Shown piece after piece: positions 8,876-16,994 of a stretch of DNA of 38,629 nucleotides. Origin of the DNA: a virus; the IMG/VR virus record IMGVR_UViG_3300027861_000006, positions 1 through 38,629 of that record; one strand, given 5' to 3'. Every line of letters starts with the position of its first letter. Within the stretch, counting starts at the first letter, position 1. A program made the translations under genes and the position numbers. The notes beneath the pieces are model-generated. The model did no database searches and was not told the DNA's origin. It saw only the letters and a program-made list of their open reading frames with translations.

Positions 8876-9481
8876 CTACTTTCCAAACGCTTTCAACACG
8901 TTTAATAATGATAAAAATTTATTAAAATCTGTCTTCTGATTAAATCGTTTTTCAACTTCATAACCGTTCTCAAAAATTCTTACTGCAAAACGGTGTCCAA
9001 TTTTCCTGATACCTAATTTCTCCATCCTTAATTTTTCATAAGCAGCAGTTTGTATTTTGGCTGTCTTTGGCATTGAAACAGAAGACTTCCAATCTAGCAT
9101 TAATGGCAGTTTTTTAAACAGTCCACCAAGATCCCAAGTTCCACAATATCCATATATTTTTGAATAGTGCATAGTCTCAGTTTCTTCAACTGTTATATCT
9201 TTATTGTAATCTGCCATAAACTTATCAACACCTTTAACCCACGGTTTCATTTGAGGGTCATAGGTAACGGTTTTACCCAACATCATAGCTTCCGCAATAG
9301 TATGCAAGGCTTTGCCGAAATTAGAGGCCGTATCACCCTTTACAAAGAAGCCCCCTGACACTGGATTAAACGGTGCTTCATCATTGTCTCTCACACCCAC
9401 CCTGCTCATAACTTGGGTTACAGACGGTACGATTTTGCCGTTGTATTTGTAGGTGTGAGTTAACTCTTCAAATTCAAGCAA
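8876..9481 (-). CDS. PD-(D/E)XK (RecB/Cas4-like) exonuclease, partner of RecT
   Basis: HTY..PSVTQV N-terminal motif, GKALHTIAE, GTWDLGG ... LMLDWKSS (D...D-x-K) and QTAAYEKL (QxxxY). TTG 9481 overlaps the stop of the upstream ORF. The 9565 start would add an implausible hydrophobic extension. Confidence 0.6.
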   Translation of the reverse strand: MLEFEELTHTYKYNGKIVPSVTQVMSRVGVRDNDEAPFNPVSGGFFVKGDTASNFGKALHTIAEAMMLGKTVTYDPQMKPWVKGVDKFMADYNKDITVEETETMHYSKIYGYCGTWDLGGLFKKLPLMLDWKSSVSMPKTAKIQTAAYEKLRMEKLGIRKIGHRFAVRIFENGYEVEKRFNQKTDFNKFLSLLNVLKAFGK

Positions 9482-9665
9482 ACCGAACCACCATTCCAAC
9501 AACCCAAGCAACAACTGATATCGCCCATAATACAACAAGTATCCTATAAACAATATACCACACACTAAAATATTTGTTATAAAGGTTCATTGGTCCATTA
9601 AGGATTGATATCAAAAGAGCAAGTAATACCATTACTAAAGATGATAATTCCATTAAATTTTCCAT
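9474..9665 (-). CDS. Small two-TM membrane protein
   Basis: Two hydrophobic helices. Start abuts the recT stop. Confidence 0.4.
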   Translation of the reverse strand: MENLMELSSLVMVLLALLISILNGPMNLYNKYFSVWYIVYRILVVLWAISVVAWVVGMVVRFA

Positions 9666-10693
9666 TATTCCTTCCCCATAAAAACGTCAACGATAGAAGA
9701 AAGTTTTTTCTCGTCAACACTTTCAATATCGGTAATTTTAAATTCATTCTCTAAAACTATAGCAATCTCTTCTAATGATTGGCCAGTAATTTTAATCAAC
9801 TTATCCATGTTTGGGGTTTTCACTTCTTCAAAATCACCTTCAACTACTGGTTGTGACACTTCGGGTTTTGTGGACTCTCTTTTCTCAGAAGGCTTACTTA
9901 CCTTGTCTGCAATCTCTTGATAGTCAGAGTCAACTAACTCTTCCATACCTTTTGGGGTATCAAACTGAGGGTTTCCTGCATCACTCAACTCTTCCATTTT
10001 AACCATTGTTGCAAGATTAGGATTATCGAAAGACTGAGGGAGCTGATTACAATGTCTTCTGATTGCAGTTTTCTCAGCCATTTCATCTTCATTATTTGCC
10101 CAAATATTTTTAGACTTAGCAGCATTTTTTATTTTAGTAACTTTGTAATAAGGCAATACCCTTACATCTTTAGAACCATCTTCCATAAACGCAACCGTTA
10201 AAACACATTTAGGATTACCTCTACTTTCACTAAAGCTAGGGGTGTAGCTATATGATACTTCACCGTCAATTTCTTCATAAGTAAAGTCGTCATCATCAAA
10301 AATAACTTTAGCGGTCATATTTTTCATTCCTGCATTTTTACAGAGCTTCTGAAGGCCTTTGTATCCCGCAATTAGAGTTACCATAACACCTTTAATATCG
10401 TAACCGTCAGCATCTTTACCTATCTTGCAATTGAACCCAACAAGGTAAGCCTCTTTTTTCTGTGGTTCAAAAGATAAACCCATACTACTTGCAAGGTAAA
10501 CTGCATTTAAAACACTACTCGGAACCAAGTTCTGAGCATCTTTTAAGTTTTTAATTACACTGTCAACAGCCGTTACGATATGTCTGTCCACACTGTAACC
10601 ACTCGGTACAACAGCAGCAATAGCATTCTTAAAATCGTCTGCTCTCATTCTTTCAATGAGAGTTAGCTCTTTTTTATCTTTCTTCTCAGGCAT
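9665..10693 (-). CDS. recT: RecT-family single-strand annealing recombinase
   Basis: FKNAIAAVVPS...R, LNAVYLASSMGLSFEP..KEAYLV and an acidic C-terminal tail match RecT-family hallmarks. Confidence 0.8.
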   Translation of the reverse strand: MPEKKDKKELTLIERMRADDFKNAIAAVVPSGYSVDRHIVTAVDSVIKNLKDAQNLVPSSVLNAVYLASSMGLSFEPQKKEAYLVGFNCKIGKDADGYDIKGVMVTLIAGYKGLQKLCKNAGMKNMTAKVIFDDDDFTYEEIDGEVSYSYTPSFSESRGNPKCVLTVAFMEDGSKDVRVLPYYKVTKIKNAAKSKNIWANNEDEMAEKTAIRRHCNQLPQSFDNPNLATMVKMEELSDAGNPQFDTPKGMEELVDSDYQEIADKVSKPSEKRESTKPEVSQPVVEGDFEEVKTPNMDKLIKITGQSLEEIAIVLENEFKITDIESVDEKKLSSIVDVFMGKE

Positions 10694-10731
10694 AACGCCT
10701 CCTTTTTTAAAATGTTTTAATCTTAACTTTT

Positions 10732-10757
10732 CGGTAGGTAAGGCAAGCTTACCACCG
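10732..10757. promoter_or_regulatory. 10-bp stem hairpin (one bulge) in the gap upstream of recT
   Basis: CGGTaGGTAAG-gcaag-CTTACCACCG. No U-run follows on the coding (minus) strand, so it is not a canonical terminator. Confidence 0.3.
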
Positions 10758-10772
10758 AGGCATTATAGGCGA

Positions 10773-11018
10773 TTATTCTCCGCCACAGTGTTCGGTAGCT
10801 TCATCACTGGGATTTCTTGGTGCACTACTAACCCATTCAAGGCCATCATAAACTACAGGGAAATAAACTCTAGTTTCAGACCAAGCTGTAAAAGGCTTGC
10901 CTTCACTTCCACCATACCTACTATCAAATTTTTTATTCATTTCTTCTTCTGTAAGAGTGTTAGCAATTAACACATCCCCATCAAGTGCATCGTTGATTAA
11001 TTCTTTCCAAGTTGACAT
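10773..11018 (-). CDS. Hypothetical protein (81 aa)
   Basis: Co-oriented ORF. Confidence 0.5.
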   Translation of the reverse strand: MSTWKELINDALDGDVLIANTLTEEEMNKKFDSRYGGSEGKPFTAWSETRVYFPVVYDGLEWVSSAPRNPSDEATEHCGGE

Positions 11019-11086
11019 ACCTTCTCCTTTTTGTTTGAATGGAAGTGAGAGCCAACCTATTAAAATGCTCCCACCTCCTTTTATTG

Positions 11087-11359
11087 TTAAAATAATCTTC
11101 TGTAATTTCTTTCAAATCGGCAAGAATATTTTTCTTCACCCATAATTAATACTGATTCAGTCATTTCTATAAATGGTATATTGTCAGCATAATATGTAGT
11201 CACTTTGCCTCTTTTAATTCTTGCACATCTACTCATAATATCTATGACTGGTATCTTATCTTTTTTCCAGTAATCTTTAAGGGCATCCATAATACATTCT
11301 TCTTCTTTTTTTACAAGCTTCTTTAAACTTTTAGCAATTATGCCTAACGTAGAATTCAT
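11087..11359 (-). CDS. Hypothetical protein (90 aa)
   Basis: Co-oriented ORF just downstream of dnaB. Confidence 0.5.
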   Translation of the reverse strand: MNSTLGIIAKSLKKLVKKEEECIMDALKDYWKKDKIPVIDIMSRCARIKRGKVTTYYADNIPFIEMTESVLIMGEEKYSCRFERNYRRLF

Positions 11360-11368
11360 ACAACCCCC

Positions 11369-12697
11369 TTAAAATTCGTCTTTATTACCATAATCAATAT
11401 CTCTAAAGGTTGTTATTGGCCCTTCAAACACTACTTCGCAACTAATATCAGTCGGGCCATTCCTTTGCTTTGCAATAATTATTTCAGCCTTACCTTTATC
11501 TGACGCATCCTTAGAATAGACCTCGTGACGATAAGGAAAAAGTATCATATCTGCATCTTGTTCTATTGATCCTGAGTCTTTCAAGTCCGATAGCTTAGGC
11601 CTCCTACTGTTTAACGGGCGGTTTTCTAAAGCCCTATTTAATTGTGAAAGTGCTATGATAGGAATATTGAATTCTTTAGCTATTGCTTTTAAAGTGCCTG
11701 TGATTTCGGTGATCCTTCTTACAGGCTCTTGATTTTTTACCAGACCTTTCATTATTTGCAAATAGTCTATAATGCCAAGCCCTACATTGTGTTTCCTAAT
11801 TAACCTTCTTAACTTGCTTCTAAATGTTACTATGTTTAAGTACCCATCATCATCAACATAGATTGGTAACGATGCTACTTGAGTTGATACTCTGTTTATT
11901 GTTTCAAACTCACGATCATTTACAAGGCCATTTCTAATCTTAAATAGTGGCACATTCGCTAATTTGGACTGTATTTTTTGAGTTAGTTGAATATTAGGCA
12001 TTTCAACACTAAAGAAAGAAGCTGGAACACCGCAATATTCGGCAATATTTAATGCTAAACTTGTCTTGCCCATGCCCGGCCTTGCCGCTATAATAACCAA
12101 GTCTCCACCATGAAAGCCACCTGTTAATTCGTCTAACTTTTTGAAGCCAGTAGGTATCTCAGGTATACCACCCCTTTTCCTAGCCTCACTTATATTTTTA
12201 AGAGACGGGCCTATAGTTTCCGATAAATGTACCGCCTTAGTTTTTTCATTCTTCTCACAAATGCTTTGTATTCCGCTCTCTATCCCCCCTAAAAGCTCTA
12301 CAGGATCAACTTTTGGATCATAAGCACACGTTAAAGCATTATTACACGTTTCTATAATCCTTCTGACATCAAATTTACCCTGAACTATCTCAATATGGGT
12401 CGATAAATTCAAAGTTGTGGAAACCTCACTCATTAATTCACTGAAATACACGTCTCCACCCGCCTCTTCGACCTTCTGAGAGGCTTTAAGATGATTTCTA
12501 ACCGTGAGCAGGTCTATTTCTTTTGACGAGCTATAAAGGGCTTCTATGGCGTTCATAATTAATCGGTTTTTTGAAGAGTAAAATATTTCACAATCAATAT
12601 CTTCGATAAAATCGTCAATTATCTTCGGAGAAACTAAAAGCGATGCTATTATCGACTTTTCTGTTTCTATTGAGCTTGGTGGTATTTTTAGGTTCAT
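11369..12697 (-). CDS. dnaB: Replicative DNA helicase DnaB
   Basis: N-terminal PPSSIETEKSIIASLL, Walker A AARPGMGKTSLALNIA, DYLQIM, ALSQLNRALENR and SGSIEQDADMILF. Confidence 0.95.
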   Translation of the reverse strand: MNLKIPPSSIETEKSIIASLLVSPKIIDDFIEDIDCEIFYSSKNRLIMNAIEALYSSSKEIDLLTVRNHLKASQKVEEAGGDVYFSELMSEVSTTLNLSTHIEIVQGKFDVRRIIETCNNALTCAYDPKVDPVELLGGIESGIQSICEKNEKTKAVHLSETIGPSLKNISEARKRGGIPEIPTGFKKLDELTGGFHGGDLVIIAARPGMGKTSLALNIAEYCGVPASFFSVEMPNIQLTQKIQSKLANVPLFKIRNGLVNDREFETINRVSTQVASLPIYVDDDGYLNIVTFRSKLRRLIRKHNVGLGIIDYLQIMKGLVKNQEPVRRITEITGTLKAIAKEFNIPIIALSQLNRALENRPLNSRRPKLSDLKDSGSIEQDADMILFPYRHEVYSKDASDKGKAEIIIAKQRNGPTDISCEVVFEGPITTFRDIDYGNKDEF

Positions 12698-13227
12698 GAA
12701 ATTCTCTCATTAATTATGTCAGAAATAAGATTTTTAGCTATTTCAAGTTGAACACGATTAGAAGTTTCTTTTTCAAGAGCTTTGATTTTTAAGTTTTTAA
12801 CTAATCGCCTCTCTTGGTTAAGTTCAACTGAAGTCTTATTAACCTCTGCTGTTAGTTGTCCAATAAGCTCACCATTATTATAATTATCTGTTTTTAAGTT
12901 ATTTCTATCTCTTGCAGCTTCCGAATAAGAATCTTGGGTACTTTTAAGAGCTTCCCTGAGTTCTAGGTTAAGACTTTCAAGTCTCTTATTCTCTTTTTCT
13001 AATTCTTTTTTCAACATACACTCTCTCCTTTTTAAATGTTGAGCATTAATGAATATTTCAAAACTATTCATTGCAGAAAGTATTGTTGTTGGCAAATCAG
13101 ATACTTTATCGTAAATATCATCTCTATTGTCTTCATTGCTCAATTCATTTACAAACCAATCGTAAAAATTTCCAAGGTTATCCCAACCATCTTCTCCATC
13201 AACTTCCCACGGTTTTTTTATACTCAC
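12694..13227 (-). CDS. Acidic N-terminus plus coiled-coil protein between the replisome organizer and DnaB (helicase-loading partner?)
   Basis: ATGA overlap with the dnaB start. No P-loop is visible. Confidence 0.55.
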   Translation of the reverse strand: MSIKKPWEVDGEDGWDNLGNFYDWFVNELSNEDNRDDIYDKVSDLPTTILSAMNSFEIFINAQHLKRRECMLKKELEKENKRLESLNLELREALKSTQDSYSEAARDRNNLKTDNYNNGELIGQLTAEVNKTSVELNQERRLVKNLKIKALEKETSNRVQLEIAKNLISDIINERIS

Positions 13228-13258
13228 AATTTCTCCTTTATTTTTACTTTACTACGCG

Positions 13259-13894
13259 TTACGAATAATCTTCAATCGAGCCTGCTTTGTTATACTGCGA
13301 GGACTCATTATTATTACCATTGCTATTAAAATCGTTACCTTCCCAAGTAATTACACACTGTTTCCAATTAGTAATCTTTGTTTTACCTCGATACCAATTA
13401 CTAGCTTCATAGTGTGCAACAAACTTTTCTGCATCGATGGAGTTGTTTCTCTCTTTGCAGTAAACTCTAACTTCTTCTACTGTTGGCTTTTGGAAAACTT
13501 TCTTTGTATACTTTCTTTTACTTAAGTTAGTATTACTTAAAGGTAAAGTATTACTTGATGCCGGTTCCACCGTGGTGGTAAAACCCATAGCTGGTTCACA
13601 TAGTTGTGGTTCTGAGAATATTTCATAGTTATATGTGAATTGACCATGTTCTCCATGCACCTTAGTTCTTTCGAGATAACCTTTTTCTTCTAACTCTTTT
13701 AATCCTGACTTAACAGCCTCTTTTCCATCTTTAGCACTCTTAACAATTTCGCTTGAAAAGAATTTCCAGCCATCAGGTTTAGACATAAGATGTAAATATA
13801 TACCCTTTGCCTTAAATGATATTTCTGAATTTGAAACAATATTATTTGAAACTTGAGTAAAATTAGTTTCAATTCGGTTTATTAGACTACTCAA
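13259..13894 (-). CDS. Replisome organizer / replication initiator (winged-helix N-domain)
   Basis: TTG start 7 nt after AAGGAGG. N-terminal F.QV.N......IS.KAKGIYLHL.S..DGW and ...GL.ELE.KGYL, plus a C-terminal YC.ER...IDAEKFV.HYE..NW...K..I.NWK motif. These are typical of phage DnaD/organizer proteins (from memory). Confidence 0.6.
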   Translation of the reverse strand: MSSLINRIETNFTQVSNNIVSNSEISFKAKGIYLHLMSKPDGWKFFSSEIVKSAKDGKEAVKSGLKELEEKGYLERTKVHGEHGQFTYNYEIFSEPQLCEPAMGFTTTVEPASSNTLPLSNTNLSKRKYTKKVFQKPTVEEVRVYCKERNNSIDAEKFVAHYEASNWYRGKTKITNWKQCVITWEGNDFNSNGNNNESSQYNKAGSIEDYS

Positions 13895-14045
13895 AAGTAA
13901 CCTCCTTAAATAAGAAGAGAGCCAATACCATAAGTGACAGATAAGGAATTGGATACCTTATAATTTTATGATATGACTCTCTTTGATTTTTAACATTTTA
14001 ATTTCCAATTTCAAGTGGTTTGTAAAGCCTGTCACAACTTCTACA

Positions 14046-14079
14046 GTAACAATATAACATCAAAGCACCAATTGTGCAA
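14046..14079 (-). promoter_or_regulatory. Promoter for the replication module; copy C of the conserved TTGGTG-N8-TTATATTGTTAC element
   Basis: On the minus strand: TTGCAC-17 nt-TATATT, with TTGGTG-ctttgatg-TTATATTGTTAC embedded. About 150 nt upstream of the organizer gene. Confidence 0.5.
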
Positions 14080-14082
14080 CGA

Positions 14083-14355
14083 TTATTTTTTAAAAAGTTT
14101 TTCTCTTACTTTTTTACTCATTAAATTCACCGCTTTTCTCCATGAATCGGCGCTTGTATGCCCTACACCATCGATATAAGCAGTGTAGGTTGTCGTGTAT
14201 TCTGTAGCGTTCGAGAACCTTACTGTTTTTTGTGCAGAACAATAGTTATCTCCTATCTTTGACGCTAATTTATTAAGATCATTTTGCGCTTCTTTGCGAT
14301 CGTATTCTTTAGTTTCAACCGTTTTTGGTTGCCTTTTGTTATCCATTTCTTTCAA
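14083..14355 (-). CDS. Hypothetical protein (90 aa)
   Basis: Co-oriented ORF. Confidence 0.5.
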   Translation of the reverse strand: MKEMDNKRQPKTVETKEYDRKEAQNDLNKLASKIGDNYCSAQKTVRFSNATEYTTTYTAYIDGVGHTSADSWRKAVNLMSKKVREKLFKK

Positions 14356-14596
14356 CCTCTTGAACTTTCTTTTTCGCTAATTTAACACTCTGGAGAATAT
14401 CTTTATACACTCCAAGACTCTCAAGTGCTTTGAGCAGTTTATATTTATAATCTTCTGTTAGTTTCAAATGACCGCTTAAGCGTGCTCTAAGAGTTATGAC
14501 ACTTTTGCTACCAATACTCTTTGAGACACGCTCGAATCCTGCTACAGATACAAGCTTTTTAATTTGGAGTTTTGAAATTTCTATCTTTTTAGTCAA
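14339..14596 (-). CDS. Small basic, possibly DNA-binding protein (85 aa)
   Basis: Co-oriented and overlaps both neighbours. Confidence 0.5.
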   Translation of the reverse strand: MTKKIEISKLQIKKLVSVAGFERVSKSIGSKSVITLRARLSGHLKLTEDYKYKLLKALESLGVYKDILQSVKLAKKKVQEVERNG

Positions 14597-15146
14597 TGGA
14601 TATCTCCCCGCATTCTAAAACTCTATGGAATTTATTTGCAATATTAACATTACCCTTTGTGAGCAACTTCTTTTTTAACGTCTTGCTACAATTCTCACTA
14701 TGCATTGCATGAGATAATACATAGTAGAGTTGTTGTATTATTTGCTTATCATCATAGCCGCCCTTTAAATCTCCACAGTGTAGGGGCATACATGAGAAAT
14801 CTAAATTCGAATCACTCAAATTCGAACCTCTCAAATTCGAACCTCTCAAATTCGAACCTCTCAAGTCCGAATAACTCAAGTCCGAATAACTCAAGTCCGA
14901 ACCTCTCAAGTCCGAATAACTCAAGTCCGAATAACTCAAGTCCGAACCTCTCAAGTCCGAACCTCTCAAATTCGAACCTCTCAAATTCGAACCTCTCAAA
15001 TTCGAACCTCTCAAGTCCGAATATCTCAAATCCTTATTTTCTTTAATCGCATCCAGCAGACATCCTTTTGTTGTTTCAAACTCCCCACTATGAATAACTA
15101 ATCCGTTATCCCATCTTTTGATTTCTTCATAGAGTTGTTTCATCAT
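14589..15146 (-). CDS. Pentapeptide-repeat protein (16 consecutive [DN]L[RS][GY]S units)
   Basis: DLRYS DLRGS NLRGS x3 DLRGS DLSYS x2 DLRGS DLSYS x2 DLRGS NLRGS x2 NLSDS NLDFS, flanked by non-repetitive N- and C-terminal domains. Confidence 0.85.
   Translation of the reverse strand: MMKQLYEEIKRWDNGLVIHSGEFETTKGCLLDAIKENKDLRYSDLRGSNLRGSNLRGSNLRGSDLRGSDLSYSDLSYSDLRGSDLSYSDLSYSDLRGSNLRGSNLRGSNLSDSNLDFSCMPLHCGDLKGGYDDKQIIQQLYYVLSHAMHSENCSKTLKKKLLTKGNVNIANKFHRVLECGEISID
14801..15025. repeat. Tandem array of 15-bp units (three near-identical unit types) encoding the pentapeptide repeats
   Basis: Units tcaaattcgaacctc / tcaagtccgaataac / tcaagtccgaacctc lie back-to-back with no spacers. Confidence 0.95.
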
Positions 15147-15417
15147 TTACCCTCATTCCGCTCAATATATCATTCACCACACCAATGCAGGTAACAGTAT
15201 ACAGACCATTCTCCTTACGAAGCGATTTAAGCCCATCTCGCACCGCTTCCCACTCTTCTATAGTCAAGTCCACACCCCTTTTAATAATGCCTCTTAACAT
15301 GCTTCCAATCGTCTTTGGGTCGTCAAGTTCAAACCCTTCCAATACACAATCCTCTAAATGTTCAACGACTTTCAATCTTGAAATCATACTGGCACTTGAA
15401 TTTTCTTTATTACTCAA
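15127..15417 (-). CDS. Hypothetical protein (96 aa)
   Basis: Co-oriented ORF overlapping the start of the pentapeptide gene. Confidence 0.5.
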   Translation of the reverse strand: MSNKENSSASMISRLKVVEHLEDCVLEGFELDDPKTIGSMLRGIIKRGVDLTIEEWEAVRDGLKSLRKENGLYTVTCIGVVNDILSGMRVNDETTL

Positions 15418-15437
15418 AATAAAACTCCTTTTAATTA

Positions 15438-15551
15438 TTAGTTACCTACAATAAAATATCTTAACATACTACCAATCGCTACAGCCGCCAATATCAAAGC
15501 AGAATAAGCAATTAGCTCGTACATAATATCACCTAATTTTCTATCTCTCAA
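15438..15551 (-). CDS. Possible 37-aa single-TM peptide (not in the ORF track)
   Basis: TTG start 8 nt after AAGGAGG. Translates as MRDRKLGDIMYELIAYSALILAAVAIGSMLRYFIVGN. Confidence 0.3.
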   Translation of the reverse strand: MRDRKLGDIMYELIAYSALILAAVAIGSMLRYFIVGN

Positions 15552-15566
15552 AACCACAACCTCCTT

Positions 15567-15695
15567 TTAACGTTTACTCTTCTTGCAACTCTCACGCCAG
15601 ATCTTTGCATAGTAATACACAAAGGCACTTAGAGTGATACCCATCTTTAAAGCAAGTTTAATCTGCTTTATATTCTGCTTTCTTAGTTTACGCAT
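15567..15695 (-). CDS. Possible 42-aa basic peptide (not in the ORF track)
   Basis: ATG start. Translates as MRKLRKQNIKQIKLALKMGITLSAFVYYYAKIWRESCKKSKR. Fills the gap between neighbouring genes. Confidence 0.25.
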   Translation of the reverse strand: MRKLRKQNIKQIKLALKMGITLSAFVYYYAKIWRESCKKSKR

Positions 15696-15714
15696 TTTGA
15701 TTAACTTTCTTTGT

Positions 15715-15975
15715 TTAAATAATAGACATACTTATTTTTATGTCATCGATTAGTTGATAGTATACTTGGTTGCTTTTCCAAGAGTTAGCATAGGCTGTTG
15801 TCCTGCTTGCTCTACTGGAATTAAAAGGGTCTGTGTTAAGCTCTCTTTCTAATGCTTTATTTAACTGCTTTCGAGTTGATATAGCAGAGGCAACCAATTT
15901 TTTAATATACTGCAACCTCTCTATCTCATCCATTTTGGCAGTGTGCTTATGCAATAGTTCTCGCTTAAGACTCAT
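15715..15975 (-). CDS. Hypothetical protein (86 aa)
   Basis: Second gene of the leftward early operon. Confidence 0.5.
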   Translation of the reverse strand: MSLKRELLHKHTAKMDEIERLQYIKKLVASAISTRKQLNKALERELNTDPFNSSRASRTTAYANSWKSNQVYYQLIDDIKISMSII

Positions 15976-16198
15976 GTGTAAAACCCTCTTTAGTTAAGCT
16001 TTCTTTAATCCAATCAGCGTTTTCAATAGCAGTGTGAGTGTCCCAACCGTTAGACTCTTCTACTTTTGTTTCTGAAACAGTAACAACACCATTCTTATCT
16101 GCCTTTGCAAATGTTCCAAAAGTGCTATTTACATAGTTAATTACATCCTGCATCCACTCAGTATATTCTGCTGTAAGTTTGATTGTTGTTGTTTTCAT
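15965..16198 (-). CDS. Small acidic hypothetical protein, first leftward early gene
   Basis: First ORF downstream of the leftward promoters. Confidence 0.5.
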   Translation of the reverse strand: MKTTTIKLTAEYTEWMQDVINYVNSTFGTFAKADKNGVVTVSETKVEESNGWDTHTAIENADWIKESLTKEGFTHES

Positions 16199-16243
16199 CT
16201 TAATTTCCTTTGTTATTGTTTGTTGCTCAATTCCTATACCAAT

Positions 16244-16272
16244 AAGATACCATAATTCTAAGCAAAAGTCAA
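16244..16272 (-). promoter_or_regulatory. Leftward sigma70-like promoter (TTGACT-17-TATCTT)
   Basis: -35 at 16267-16272 and -10 at 16244-16249 (minus strand), with an exact 17-nt spacer. Confidence 0.5.
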
Positions 16273-16299
16273 CACTTTTTATACAAAAAATGTAAATAA

Positions 16300-16328
16300 A
16301 TTATACAGTGTAGATAAGAGTAAGGCAA
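16300..16328 (-). promoter_or_regulatory. Second leftward sigma70-like promoter (TTGCCT-17-TATAAT)
   Basis: -35 at 16323-16328 and a consensus -10 at 16300-16305 (minus strand). Confidence 0.5.
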
Positions 16329-16363
16329 GAGCTTGAAAGTTTTTTTGAGAAAGTTTAACTTAT

Positions 16364-16405
16364 TTGGTGGGAATTGGTTATATTGTTATTACTTCTAAGT
16401 TGCGG
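16364..16405 (+). promoter_or_regulatory. Copy A of the conserved promoter-like element (TTGGTG-N8-TTATATTGTTATTAC) plus the downstream TAAGTTGCGG box
   Basis: Same architecture as copies at 14046-14079 (minus) and 17233-17285 (plus). Heads the rightward genes. Confidence 0.45.
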
Positions 16406-16532
16406 AACTAAAGAATCAAATTATTTATAGGGTTATTAGATATGTATACAGGCATCCGCAACGCCTTTGCATATTGAAAGCCCTTGTTATTAAGTTTGCG
16501 GGAGCTTTGTTATAAAAAATAAAAAACTATAC

Positions 16533-16563
16533 CTATCACTCGCCGTATTACATATAGTGATAG
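16533..16563. promoter_or_regulatory. Inverted repeat CTATCACT-N15-AGTGATAG in the leader of the first rightward gene
   Basis: Perfect 8-bp arms. Either an operator-like palindrome or a leader hairpin. Confidence 0.35.
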
Positions 16564-16608
16564 CGGTTGTTTTGGGGCTGTGTTCTACTTTGTTTATGGG
16601 GGTTTGAG

Positions 16609-16905
16609 ATGCTTGGAGGAATAGCTTACATTATTCATGGTGTTATAGTTGAGGCTAGTAAGGCCGTTGAGGAGGCTGAAAGGCAAGCCATCAGAGCAGC
16701 GGAGTCAAGGGAACATGCCTTTCAAAAAAAATGGGATAAACAGACTCAAGAACTTTCAAGGCCTATTGGTTATACTAGGCACATAAAGAAACAAGCAGAG
16801 ATTAAACTATTCGGCAAGCAATTGAACTTAACCAAAGAAGACACGGGTGAAAGAGGTCTTAAATATTATGAGTTGAAGGACTATTTGAAGGGGTTGGAGA
16901 GATGA
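16609..16905 (+). CDS. Hypothetical protein, first rightward gene (hydrophobic N-terminus, helical basic remainder)
   Basis: ATG 16609 lies after GGGGGTTTGAG. The upstream extension to 16567 lacks an RBS. Confidence 0.5.
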   Translation: MLGGIAYIIHGVIVEASKAVEEAERQAIRAAESREHAFQKKWDKQTQELSRPIGYTRHIKKQAEIKLFGKQLNLTKEDTGERGLKYYELKDYLKGLER

Positions 16906-16994
16906 ATAAGGTGAAATGTCCTAAATGTGGAAGTGAGAATGTTGAGAGTACATGCATCGGTAGGGTTTGTGATTGGGAGGCTGAATGCAATTAG
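16902..16994 (+). CDS. 30-aa zinc-ribbon peptide (CPKC ... C...C..C), not in the ORF track
   Basis: ATGA start/stop coupling with the upstream gene. The downstream ATG 16985 overlaps it. Confidence 0.35.
   Translation: MNKVKCPKCGSENVESTCIGRVCDWEAECN

Noticed and set aside
14801-15025. Possible CRISPR array or tRNA-like T-loops (repeated ..ttcgaacc..)
   Set aside because: The units are 15 bp, directly abutting with no spacers, and in frame within a CDS. No acceptor or anticodon stems surround the ttcgaa motifs.
14705-15046. 113-aa plus-strand ORF (SNSNLSNSNL...SSPNNSSPN)
   Set aside because: Antisense shadow of the 15-bp tandem array. The minus-strand frame gives a canonical pentapeptide-repeat protein with proper flanking domains and operon context.
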